Assembly (NCBI GenBank): GCA_035935115.1
Contig: DASYXK010000021.1
Coordinates: forward strand, 238,174 to 270,173
Origin: Nitrosopumilaceae archaeon
GTDB lineage: Archaea; Thermoproteota; Nitrososphaeria; Nitrososphaerales; Nitrosopumilaceae
DNA length: 32,000 nt
Direction: 5' to 3'
The notes beneath the pieces are model-generated. The model was not told the origin of the DNA and did not search any database. It saw only the letters and a program-made list of their open reading frames with translations. Of the stretch, positions 16,970 to 25,476 are shown one piece after another (position 1 is the stretch's first letter; each line of letters begins with the position of its first letter). The position numbers and the translations under genes were made by a program.

Positions 16970-17236
16970 ATGAAAAATGAGAAGCAGCTTGTTGCTGGCG
17001 CAATAGCGGCCGCCATAATAGTCATGGCAGTAGCAGTTTTTCCCTTTTGGAATTTAATTCCAAACAAGGTTACAGAGACGGTAAAAGTTGTATCAGTAGA
17101 TCAAACAGGCTGTACTGCTGAAACACATGATGGTTTTGATGTAAAAATTGGTCCATGTAGTGCAAAACCTGGTGACACCATTACTGCATCATTTGATGGA
17201 AAAATAAGAGACCGAGAAAAACCATTTACACCCTAG
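16970..17236 (+). CDS. hypothetical small N-terminally anchored protein
   Basis: 88 aa with one N-terminal TM helix and a short extracytoplasmic domain containing two Cys. Confidence 0.45.
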   Translation: MKNEKQLVAGAIAAAIIVMAVAVFPFWNLIPNKVTETVKVVSVDQTGCTAETHDGFDVKIGPCSAKPGDTITASFDGKIRDREKPFTP

Positions 17237-17250
17237 TTTTGAAAGATTTC

Positions 17251-17625
17251 CTAGAGCAGTTTTAGATCTTTTGTAACTTTATCGACTTTATCCTCTGGAG
17301 CTGGCCCAATTGAAATACATGTAACAGTTCCAGGAGCAATTTGGGTATGACCAGCATCTGTTACTTCGGACCAAGGAAGATCAATCGATATTGCATGTCT
17401 TTTTATTTTCTCCAGTTCATCAAGACTGGTCACTTTTACAACAACTTTTTCCTGACCTGATAGTTCCCACTCCTTATACCATTCTGGGTGTGATTTTCTG
17501 ACATGTTCTGCACCTAAAACACACGCATGCCCAACCTGAGCAGCTATTTTTCCAGTACCCATGTTAAGATCCTTTCTTACTACAACTACTTGTTTAACCA
17601 AACCCATGCCAATTTTTAAAACCAA
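17251..17625 (-). CDS. pth2: archaeal-type peptidyl-tRNA hydrolase Pth2
   Basis: KQVVVVRKDLNMGTGKIAAQVGHA...VTDAGHTQIAPGTVTCISIGP. An alternative start at M7 is possible. Confidence 0.9.
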   Translation of the reverse strand: MVLKIGMGLVKQVVVVRKDLNMGTGKIAAQVGHACVLGAEHVRKSHPEWYKEWELSGQEKVVVKVTSLDELEKIKRHAISIDLPWSEVTDAGHTQIAPGTVTCISIGPAPEDKVDKVTKDLKLL

Positions 17626-17681
17626 TTAGAGTATGTTAAACTTTTGAATTGAATTAAATAATTGAATTAAATTAAAAAATC

Positions 17682-18818
17682 GTGGATTACGATGTAATAG
17701 TTGCAGGCGGCAGTGTCTCTGGTCTTCTTTGTGCAAGAGAAATAGCAAGTAATGGTCACAGCGTTTTAGTCATAGAGGAGGATTCAGAAATCGGAACACC
17801 TGAGCATTGTGGCGGTCTAGTTAGTATCATGGGAATAGATGAGCTTGGAGTAGTACCTATGAGAGCAACTTTTGACAATAAGATAAGATCAGCGTTAATT
17901 TTTTCACCTGCAAAAAAGAATTTTTCACTTGATGCTAGATCTCAAAAAGTCATAGTTTTAGATAGACGTGAATTTGACAAACAAATTGCACATCAAGCAC
18001 AAACTAATGGTGCAGAAATTCGTGTCAGATCATCGCTAAGAGAGATTTTTGACGACGGTATCAAAACTTCAGAGGGCTCACTAAAATGCAAAATTGTTGT
18101 TGATGCACGAGGAGTCTCTTCACTTATTCAAAAAGATAGAACGGGAATATTGCAATCTGCACAGTACGAAGTGTATGCAGATTGGATTGAAAAAGACAGA
18201 ATTGAAGTATATTTTGATCAAGAAAAATTTCCTGGTTTTTTTGCATGGGTAATTCCAACCAGAAGAGATGAGGCCAAGGTAGGAGTGGCAGGAAAAGGCA
18301 TCAATGCCGCTGTTGCTCTTGAAAGTTTTCTCAAAGAAAAGGGAAAACATTCAACGATAAGAAAAGTCTATGCACCAATTTGGATAAAAGGGCCCATACA
18401 GAATTTTGTATCAAAAAACATTGTAACCATAGGAGATGCGGCAGGACAGTCAAAGCCTACTACTGCTGGAGGAATTTATTCATGTGGTTTTGGCGGCATA
18501 TTTGCTGGAAGATCCATTTCTAAATTTTTAGAGTCTGGGAAATCATCTGATCTTCTTGAATATCAAAAAGCATGGACAGATAAATTTGGTCAAGAGTTTG
18601 ATCATATGCTTCTTGCACGAGGTCTTCTTGAAAGACTAGACAACAAATCAATTGACAAAATGTTTGAGTCCATAACACCGGAGATTGTAGAAGAGATATC
18701 AAAAGAAGGCTCATTTGATTTTCATACGATCTCACTTGCCAAGCTGCTTGGTGTGAAAGGCTCAGTCAATGCAATACAGGCAATTTTAGGAAGCGAGTTT
18801 AGAAGACTGTTAACATGA
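17682..18818 (+). CDS. geranylgeranyl reductase family FAD-dependent oxidoreductase
   Basis: GTG start. DYDVIVAGGSVSGLLCAREIA is a dinucleotide-binding motif, with GDAAGQSKPTTAGGI near the C-terminus. Confidence 0.8.
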   Translation: MDYDVIVAGGSVSGLLCAREIASNGHSVLVIEEDSEIGTPEHCGGLVSIMGIDELGVVPMRATFDNKIRSALIFSPAKKNFSLDARSQKVIVLDRREFDKQIAHQAQTNGAEIRVRSSLREIFDDGIKTSEGSLKCKIVVDARGVSSLIQKDRTGILQSAQYEVYADWIEKDRIEVYFDQEKFPGFFAWVIPTRRDEAKVGVAGKGINAAVALESFLKEKGKHSTIRKVYAPIWIKGPIQNFVSKNIVTIGDAAGQSKPTTAGGIYSCGFGGIFAGRSISKFLESGKSSDLLEYQKAWTDKFGQEFDHMLLARGLLERLDNKSIDKMFESITPEIVEEISKEGSFDFHTISLAKLLGVKGSVNAIQAILGSEFRRLLT

Positions 18819-18843
18819 GAAGAGTTGTAAATGATAAGTAAGG

Positions 18844-18850
18844 TATAAAT
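18844..18850 (+). promoter_or_regulatory. TATA box upstream of the zinc-ribbon/EF-1beta/Cdc48 gene string
   Basis: tataaat is centred about 27 nt upstream of the ATG at 18874. Confidence 0.4.
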
Positions 18851-18873
18851 TCGGTTTTTTATCAGCTCTGAAC

Positions 18874-19053
18874 ATGTCATCATCTATCACATTACCAGTC
18901 TGCAGCTCATGTCATAGACCTATCATGCCTAATGATAAATGTGTCAAATTCAATTGCCCTAGCTGTGGCACAGTGCTGATTTGGAGATGTGAAAGTTGCA
19001 GGGAAGCTGCCAGAGCCTATAAATGCAAATCCTGCAATTTTGATGGACCATAG
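18874..19053 (+). CDS. zinc-ribbon protein (COG2888-like, typically upstream of aEF-1beta)
   Basis: 59 aa, [17 protein letters not shown]...[31 protein letters not shown], with four CxxC pairs. It falls below the ORF-track cut-off and ends 4 nt before the EF-1beta start. Confidence 0.6.
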   Translation: MSSSITLPVCSSCHRPIMPNDKCVKFNCPSCGTVLIWRCESCREAARAYKCKSCNFDGP

Positions 19054-19057
19054 AAAA

Positions 19058-19339
19058 ATGGCACGTCTTTTACTTCGAGCAAAAATTCTTCCAACAGATA
19101 CTGAAATAGATCTAGATACAGTTGCAAAAAAGATCGCATCTACATTAAAAGATGGAATACAGCTTTCAAAATATACAAAAGAGCCATTAGCTTTTGGCCT
19201 CTACTTTATTAGTGCAGAATTCTCTTTGGAAGATAAGGATGGGCAGATGGACTCACTTGAAAACACCGTCAAGGCAATAGAAGGCGTAGGAGAGTTTGAA
19301 GTCCTTGGAGCAAGCAGAGCATCTGTAGATGTAAAGTAG
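19058..19339 (+). CDS. translation elongation factor aEF-1beta
   Basis: 93 aa from the internal ATG of track ORF 18989-19339. [19 protein letters not shown]...[10 protein letters not shown]...IEGVGEFEV fits the aEF-1beta pattern and length. Confidence 0.85.
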   Translation: MARLLLRAKILPTDTEIDLDTVAKKIASTLKDGIQLSKYTKEPLAFGLYFISAEFSLEDKDGQMDSLENTVKAIEGVGEFEVLGASRASVDVK

Positions 19340-19347
19340 GTGTTATT

Positions 19348-21519
19348 TTGACACGTAAAGACGAACCGCTTCAAATGCGTGTTGGCGAAGCAAAACAAAG
19401 AGATGTAGGAAAAAGACGAGCTCGCATTGAACCAGAAGCTATGGAATATTTGCGAGTAGAACCTGGCGACATGGTAGAAATTGTCGGTAAGAGATCAAGT
19501 TGTGCAATAGTGTGGCCAACAGATGACGATAACAAAGCTCCAGATATGATCAGAATTGACGGCCAGACAAGAAAGAATGTAGGTATTGGAATTAATGACA
19601 TTGTCAATGTAAAAAAGATTGTAGCAAAACCTGCAAAAAGTGTAGTACTCATGCCAGTAAATGGAAACGTTACAGTAGACAAAGAATTTACTGATTTTGT
19701 AAAAAATAGACTCAAAGGTCTACCGCTTTCTGAAGGCGATGAAATCTCGGTAATGATTCTTGGTAACTCGATGGACTTTAAGATTCACAAAATATCGCCC
19801 AAGACAGTTGTGAAGATAGAACGTGCCACAACTCTTACAATTCTAACTGAGACATCTGTTGACAAGAAATTACGGGTAACCTATGAAGAGATAGGAGGAT
19901 TAAAGACACAAACAAAAAGGATGAGAGAAATTGTCGAGCTACCATTACGACACCCCGAAGTATTTCAAACGTTTGGCATAGAACCACATAGTGGAATTTT
20001 GTTATATGGTCCACCCGGATGTGGAAAGACTTTGATTGCCAAAGTACTTGCAAGTGAATCAGAGGCAAACTTTTACTCCATAAATGGACCTGAAATAATG
20101 AACAAGTATTATGGAGAAACAGAAGCTAGACTCCGGGACATATTCAAAGAAGCAAAAGAAAATTCTCCAAGTGTAATATTTATTGATGAAATTGATGCTA
20201 TTGCTCCAAAAAGAGAAGAAGCATACGGCGATGTAGAAAAAAGAGTAGTTGCACAGCTTTTAGCTTTGATGGATGGACTCACAGACAGAGGAAATGTCAT
20301 TGTACTTGGTGCAACAAATAGACCAGAGAGTGTAGATCCAGCATTAAGAAGACCTGGAAGATTCGATAGAGAAATTGAAATTTCTGTACCAAACGTAGAT
20401 GGAAGATTAGAGATACTTCATATTCACACAAGAGGAATGCCGCTTGATGAAGATGTAGATTTGAAAATACTTTCAGCAGAACTCCACGGCTACACTGGAG
20501 CAGATATCAAGTCATTGTGTAGAGAAGCAGCAATGAAAGCACTTAGAAACTATTTGCCAGAAATAGATATGGAGACAGAAAAAATTTCGGCAGAAATTTT
20601 ACAATCAATGAGAATTCGTTTACAAGACTTTTACGATGCAATGCATGAGATCGTGCCTACTGCCATGAGAGAATTCTATGTAGAAAGTCCAAAGATTTGG
20701 TGGAAAGATGTAGGCGGACTAGATGATGCAAAAAGAACATTACATGACAACTTGATTATGGCAATAAAAGAACCTGCAAAATTCCAAAAAATGGGAATCA
20801 AGCCTCCAAAGGGTGCATTACTTTATGGCCCGCCGGGATGTGGAAAAACACTCCTAGCAAGATCACTTGCAACTGAAGGAGGAGCTAACATGATTCTTGT
20901 GAGAGGCCCAGAAATTTTATCAAAATGGGTAGGAGAATCTGAAAAAGCAATTAGAGATATATTCAGAAAAGCAAAGGCATCTTCTCCATGTATTGTAATT
21001 TTTGATGAGCTTGATTCTTTTGCTAGAGCAAAATCCATGGAAGATGGTGGTACTGGAGAGAGGCTTTTGAGTCAGCTTTTAACAGAGATGGAAGACGGTG
21101 GAGCGTCTAGAGTTATTGTACTTGGTATTTCAAACAGACCTGATTTGATAGATACCTCTCTTTTAAGACCTGGAAGACTAGATCTTATTTTATTCATACC
21201 AGCCCCAGATGAAAAAGGCAGATTAGAGATAATCAAAATACTAACACGCACCATGCCTCTTTCTGGAGACGTAGATTTGAAAGAAATTGCAGTAGCGACA
21301 AAGAATTACAGCGGAGCAGACCTTGTTGCAATATGTAGAGAAGCTGCGGTACATGCAATGCAAAATGATTCTGCCAAGATAGGTAGTGCAGATTTTGCAG
21401 CCGCGTTAAAGCTTGTCAAACCTTCCATAACAAAAAGTGTAGATGAATGGTATGGTACAATAAAAGAGAATATATCATACGCCATACCAAAACCAATCGA
21501 TAAGACATTTTACGGTTAG
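19348..21519 (+). CDS. cdc48: Cdc48/VCP-type AAA+ ATPase (two AAA domains)
   Basis: 723 aa. The N-domain is followed by two Walker A motifs (GPPGCGKT) and Walker B motifs VIFIDEIDA and IVIFDELDS. The C-terminus is ...TFYG. The start is TTG at 19348, with an alternative ATG at 19375. Confidence 0.95.
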   Translation: MTRKDEPLQMRVGEAKQRDVGKRRARIEPEAMEYLRVEPGDMVEIVGKRSSCAIVWPTDDDNKAPDMIRIDGQTRKNVGIGINDIVNVKKIVAKPAKSVVLMPVNGNVTVDKEFTDFVKNRLKGLPLSEGDEISVMILGNSMDFKIHKISPKTVVKIERATTLTILTETSVDKKLRVTYEEIGGLKTQTKRMREIVELPLRHPEVFQTFGIEPHSGILLYGPPGCGKTLIAKVLASESEANFYSINGPEIMNKYYGETEARLRDIFKEAKENSPSVIFIDEIDAIAPKREEAYGDVEKRVVAQLLALMDGLTDRGNVIVLGATNRPESVDPALRRPGRFDREIEISVPNVDGRLEILHIHTRGMPLDEDVDLKILSAELHGYTGADIKSLCREAAMKALRNYLPEIDMETEKISAEILQSMRIRLQDFYDAMHEIVPTAMREFYVESPKIWWKDVGGLDDAKRTLHDNLIMAIKEPAKFQKMGIKPPKGALLYGPPGCGKTLLARSLATEGGANMILVRGPEILSKWVGESEKAIRDIFRKAKASSPCIVIFDELDSFARAKSMEDGGTGERLLSQLLTEMEDGGASRVIVLGISNRPDLIDTSLLRPGRLDLILFIPAPDEKGRLEIIKILTRTMPLSGDVDLKEIAVATKNYSGADLVAICREAAVHAMQNDSAKIGSADFAAALKLVKPSITKSVDEWYGTIKENISYAIPKPIDKTFYG

Positions 21520-21522
21520 AAT

Positions 21523-21843
21523 ATGACAATACCATTCAAAAATAAATTATATGAGATGATAAAGGAATCAGGATCCATAACAGATTCGGAACTTTCAAAG
21601 TTGTTAATCAAAGAAGGAATTTCAATTCCAGAAGATGAGTTCAATAAGACATTGCTTAGCTTGGAAATTTATGGGCTCATCAAGGTAAGCTGGCTCACAA
21701 AAGAACAACGTCGAATAGAAATAGTAGAAAAAGAAAATGAGGTTGATGAAATAGAGCAACAAAGTAGAGAAAAATTAGAACGCGATTATGAAGCTGGATT
21801 TCCCGGTGTTGATCAAGAACAAGAGATCCCAGAAGAAGTGTAA
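21523..21843 (+). CDS. hypothetical small protein with acidic C-terminal tail
   Basis: 106 aa, starting 4 nt after the Cdc48 stop. The N-terminal ~65 aa looks winged-helix-like, and the tail is E/D/Q rich. Confidence 0.5.
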   Translation: MTIPFKNKLYEMIKESGSITDSELSKLLIKEGISIPEDEFNKTLLSLEIYGLIKVSWLTKEQRRIEIVEKENEVDEIEQQSREKLERDYEAGFPGVDQEQEIPEEV

Positions 21844-21867
21844 AATAATTTTTTAAAATAAGTTATT

Positions 21868-22842
21868 TTATTTAAAAACTGGAAAGTGAAATGCTGCATC
21901 CAGTGCTATTCCAACAAATATTATTGTAAGATAAGGCGCAGTAACCTTGTATGCTTTCCAAGCAAATTCTGAAGTAGGTGTTTTTGTAAGTTTGTAATGA
22001 TATACTAGCATCAGGCTACCCGATATTGCAGCTATTACAAGATACACGTATCCTAGTCCAAACGCAACTAATGTCAGAGAATATGGTAATAGGATGGCAG
22101 TATTTACTAAAATATACTTTGACGTTCTTTGCATTCCAATTAAAACAGGAAGCATTGGTACCTTGGCTTCTGCATAATCATCTTTTATTTTCATTGCAAG
22201 ACACCAAAAGTGAGACGGTGTCCAGACAAATACCAAAACTCCCACAAGAGCTCCCAGCATATCCATAGAACCAGTTGCAGCAGACCAACCTGCCATAGAT
22301 GCAGCACTTCCTGCAAACCCACCGATAACAATATTTGAAGAATTTCTTCGCTTAAGCCATGCGGTATAAACAATCACATAGAAAAATATTCCAAGTGCGA
22401 TAAAAAATGTAGAAAGCGGATTTAGGGCAAACCATGCATAAATCACAGAAATTGAACTAACTATCAATCCATACAACAAGACACTTTTTGCAGACATTTT
22501 TCCAGAAGGAATAGGTCTTGTGCTAGTTCGTTTCATCAAGGGATCGATGTCTTTATCATAATAGTGATTTAGTGCACTAGAACCAGCAGAAGAAAGTGAC
22601 CCAGCTATGATAATATGCAAAAGACTCCAATAGTTTAGTTCAGGCCCTATCAATTTACTAGCAGCATACATTGATGTCACTGCTGTAATTACAAGAAGAA
22701 TAACGATACGAGGTTTAGATATTTCCAGTATTTCTTTTAATCCCAATACCTCTGTTAGCGGTTTTGCTGGGAATTTAATTTCTTCGAAGTTTGCCAACAG
22801 ATACTCAAAAGGATTAATTATCTCACTAATTGGAAGTACCAC
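21868..22842 (-). CDS. ctaB: protoheme IX farnesyltransferase (heme O synthase, UbiA family)
   Basis: NHYYDKDIDPLMKRTSTRPIPSG motif and about 8 TM segments. The maximal ORF starts at GTG 22842. A TTG at 22746 preceded by aattaaatt about 30 nt upstream would give a more typical ~292-aa protein. Confidence 0.85.
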   Translation of the reverse strand: MVLPISEIINPFEYLLANFEEIKFPAKPLTEVLGLKEILEISKPRIVILLVITAVTSMYAASKLIGPELNYWSLLHIIIAGSLSSAGSSALNHYYDKDIDPLMKRTSTRPIPSGKMSAKSVLLYGLIVSSISVIYAWFALNPLSTFFIALGIFFYVIVYTAWLKRRNSSNIVIGGFAGSAASMAGWSAATGSMDMLGALVGVLVFVWTPSHFWCLAMKIKDDYAEAKVPMLPVLIGMQRTSKYILVNTAILLPYSLTLVAFGLGYVYLVIAAISGSLMLVYHYKLTKTPTSEFAWKAYKVTAPYLTIIFVGIALDAAFHFPVFK

Positions 22843-22844
22843 AA

Positions 22845-23954
22845 ATGAGTGACTGGGATCTAATGATGCCTGGCATGGGCCTCACTGCCATAGGCCTTGC
22901 GGGAGTTTTCTTGTCTTATCTTGGAATTGCAAATACATTCCTCACTGGAATGCAGGCGCTTTCAGGACTTACAATGTTTATCGGGTTAGTATTTTTATCT
23001 GCAGGAATCCTAAGTGGCGGAGTATCAACAAGCAATCGTGCAAAAGCTACTACTTTGGTTATTTTTGGCATATCTGGTTCCATCGGAGCATTTGCCCTAA
23101 GTCAAAATACCAACGTCACATCATTACCAAGATTTGTCGGAGTTTTACTTATCATAATCATACCTACGGTTGTCATAGCATTTACTGCAATGAGAATGTC
23201 ACAATACCTCAAACCAATATCTGTAATATTTTTACTGGCTATGGCAGTGGGAATTATTTCATACAGCGCTTTAGGATTCATAGGTCCGGGAGCTCAATTT
23301 TCACTACAGCCAGCCACAGTAAAAAATGAGACAGCAACAAATGTGGCGCCCACTCCAAACGTACCCATAGTACCAGTAACTATACTTTTGAATGCGTCAA
23401 TCAAAGGTAATCCGAATTATCAACCTAATACTGTTACGGCTGAAAAAGGCAACATAATTGAATGGAAAAATAACGACAAGGCGGTACATACAGTAACAAG
23501 TGCGTCTGATGCTGGTGCAACATTTGATTCATCTTTAATAAAAGGTGGAGAAACATACCGACTTGATACTTCAAAATTAAATGAAACAGAATATGATTAC
23601 ATGTGTACAGTACATCCCTTTATGACCGGCAAGATAATGATCACTGCACCACAAAAACCAATCATTACAAATGTAACAATTGTATCTGGTGCATCAACAC
23701 AAAGTGCTGGCCAGAAATATTTTGATCCAGCAGACATGTCAATAAAGGTTGGCACCACCGTAGTTTGGACTAACAAAGATTCAGCAGCACATACTGTTAC
23801 AAGCGGAAACCCAAGTGCAGGCCCATCAGGAACGTTTGACTCTGGATTAATAAAAGCAGGAAACACATTCCAATACAAATTTAGTTCCGCCGGTACAACA
23901 GAATATTTCTGCACAATACATCCTTGGATGACAGGAAAAGTTACAGTAGGATAA
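22845..23954 (+). CDS. membrane-anchored protein with two plastocyanin-like (type 1 copper) cupredoxin domains
   Basis: About 5 N-terminal TM helices, then two domains with ligand sets H(AVHTVTS)...C-TVH-PFM and H(AAHTVTS)...C-TIH-PWM. ATG at 22845 is preferred over TTG at 22830. Confidence 0.8.
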   Translation: MSDWDLMMPGMGLTAIGLAGVFLSYLGIANTFLTGMQALSGLTMFIGLVFLSAGILSGGVSTSNRAKATTLVIFGISGSIGAFALSQNTNVTSLPRFVGVLLIIIIPTVVIAFTAMRMSQYLKPISVIFLLAMAVGIISYSALGFIGPGAQFSLQPATVKNETATNVAPTPNVPIVPVTILLNASIKGNPNYQPNTVTAEKGNIIEWKNNDKAVHTVTSASDAGATFDSSLIKGGETYRLDTSKLNETEYDYMCTVHPFMTGKIMITAPQKPIITNVTIVSGASTQSAGQKYFDPADMSIKVGTTVVWTNKDSAAHTVTSGNPSAGPSGTFDSGLIKAGNTFQYKFSSAGTTEYFCTIHPWMTGKVTVG

Positions 23955-23957
23955 ACT

Positions 23958-24365
23958 TTGCAAAAAAGCGTAGTGCTTTTACAAAATCACATAGAGATTC
24001 TTACCAACCACGCAAACAAAAACATTCCAAATGAGTCATGCGCAATTTTATTTGGTAAAATTGAAAACGAAATCTTTGATGTAAAAGATATTTTTTTGAC
24101 AAAAAATACAGAAGATTCACCGGTCAACTTTACAATATCTAATGATGAGTTATTAGCAGCTTATAGCGAAGCAGAAAAAAGAAAACTAGAAGTAATTGGA
24201 ATTTTCCACTCTCATCCAGATTCTACAGCATACCCGTCTTTGACAGACAAGAAATACATGGAGATAAATCCAGTTCCATGGGTCATCTTTTCTAACAAAA
24301 ATAAAGAATTCAAGGCATATATTTTTGAGTCAGAAATTATGTCAGTATCATTAGAAATAAAGTAG
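23958..24365 (+). CDS. JAB1/MPN/Mov34 (JAMM) metalloprotease
   Basis: 135 aa. E26 (NESCAILFG) plus GIFHSHPDSTAYPSLTD gives the JAMM motif E...HxHx7Sx2D. The start is TTG. Confidence 0.8.
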   Translation: MQKSVVLLQNHIEILTNHANKNIPNESCAILFGKIENEIFDVKDIFLTKNTEDSPVNFTISNDELLAAYSEAEKRKLEVIGIFHSHPDSTAYPSLTDKKYMEINPVPWVIFSNKNKEFKAYIFESEIMSVSLEIK

Positions 24366-24367
24366 AA

Positions 24368-24466
24368 TTATTTGTGGATGTTTTTTTTGTGTCTTTCCAA
24401 GTGCTCTTTATCGAAAAACGTAGCGTCGCATTCTTTGCATTTGAGTTGAGTTTTAAAGCCCCACAA
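24368..24466 (-). CDS. possible 32-codon C2H2 zinc-finger mini-protein
   Basis: (TTG)WGFKTQLKCKECDATFFDKEHLERHKKNIHK fits C-x2-C-x3-F-x5-L-x2-H-x4-H exactly. The non-ATG start and tiny size keep confidence low. Confidence 0.35.
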   Translation of the reverse strand: MWGFKTQLKCKECDATFFDKEHLERHKKNIHK

Positions 24467-24513
24467 TCACCGTTACATACGAGTAGGTTGCGTAAAAGGA
24501 TACCGTAAATCAT

Positions 24514-24900
24514 TTAGATGCTAAAAGTAACCATCATGCCGTCAGGTACATTTTTTAGAAATTTCTTATCAGTGTTCTTGATTCTTCCTATTACATTTAC
24601 AGGTGAATAGGGTTTGATCTCATCTTTTTTTCCTATTGGTGTGAGCCCAAAAAAAAGGCATATTGCTTTTCCTGTTGGCCAATAGGCAACATCCATTAAA
24701 TCCACCAAGGATTTTGCATTCTCTGCACCTATTGTAACAGGAGTTTCATTGGTGTAGAGCTCTTCTCCCCAGGAGTTTATTTTTACATCAAGTGGCAGAC
24801 ATTTAAGAAAAGAGGACACTGTCTTTGGTGCCAATTCATCATCTATTTCTAAATCAATGGTCTTTATTTTAGGAATATTCAGTTTAACCCTATGGATCAA
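24514..24900 (-). CDS. cyclophilin-like (TM1367-type) family protein
   Basis: 128 aa. LAPKTVSSFLKCLP...NSWGEELY...DVAYWPTGKAICLFFGLTP...PVNVIGRI matches the pattern I recall for the cyclophilin-like TM1367 family. Confidence 0.55.
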   Translation of the reverse strand: MIHRVKLNIPKIKTIDLEIDDELAPKTVSSFLKCLPLDVKINSWGEELYTNETPVTIGAENAKSLVDLMDVAYWPTGKAICLFFGLTPIGKKDEIKPYSPVNVIGRIKNTDKKFLKNVPDGMMVTFSI

Positions 24901-24951
24901 CAGCCGATCTTGTGATTTAGATTAAATATCCCTTCTCAGAATTGTCAAAAT

Positions 24952-25209
24952 ATGGACATTCACGTATACGATACATATGTAGAGGCTAAGGACGGCCACA
25001 CCATGCACTTTGATGTTATTACCGATGTCAAAGACCACAAAAAGGCTATAGAGTATGCAAAACAATGGCTAAAATCAGTTGGGGAGGGAGATGCAGCTGT
25101 TTCAACAGAAGAATGCCAATTTTGTCACACTCAAGGAGCTCCAGAACCAATAGCAGAACAAATCCGTAAAAATGGATATTTCATCCAAAAGATGGAAGGC
25201 TGCCCATAA
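24952..25209 (+). CDS. DUF2024-like small protein
   Basis: 85 aa. MDIHVYDTYVEAKDGHTMHFDVI...CQFCHTQ resembles DUF2024 family members, judged from memory. Confidence 0.5.
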   Translation: MDIHVYDTYVEAKDGHTMHFDVITDVKDHKKAIEYAKQWLKSVGEGDAAVSTEECQFCHTQGAPEPIAEQIRKNGYFIQKMEGCP

Positions 25210-25265
25210 ACTCTTTTTTAATTTTTAACTTTTTCTAACAAAGTCTTTTTAGAACAGTCACATAA

Positions 25266-25475
25266 ATGAAAAACATGGACAAACCTAAAGTCACATACAA
25301 TAGATTAACCGTAGAAGGAGAAATACAAACTCAATGGATATGTGGTTGCTTTGAAACCGTGGATGGTTTTTTCAAGTTCTGTTCTGAACACAACAATGCA
25401 ATGAGAAAAACAATAGAGGCACAAATAGATGAGCTTGACATGACACTCGTTGTTGACGAAAAAAAATCAGATTAA
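25266..25475 (+). CDS. hypothetical small protein
   Basis: 69-aa ORF with a CGC...C cluster. No family recognised. Confidence 0.4.
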   Translation: MKNMDKPKVTYNRLTVEGEIQTQWICGCFETVDGFFKFCSEHNNAMRKTIEAQIDELDMTLVVDEKKSD

Positions 25476-25476
25476 T

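Noticed and set aside
18875-18900. Minus-strand AUGAUGA followed by CUGA 11 nt later (C/D-box-like); similarly AUGAUGA at 29113-29119
   Set aside because: In both cases only one box pair is present, with no second guide or terminal D box at the proper distance. The first is antisense to the start of the zinc-ribbon gene.
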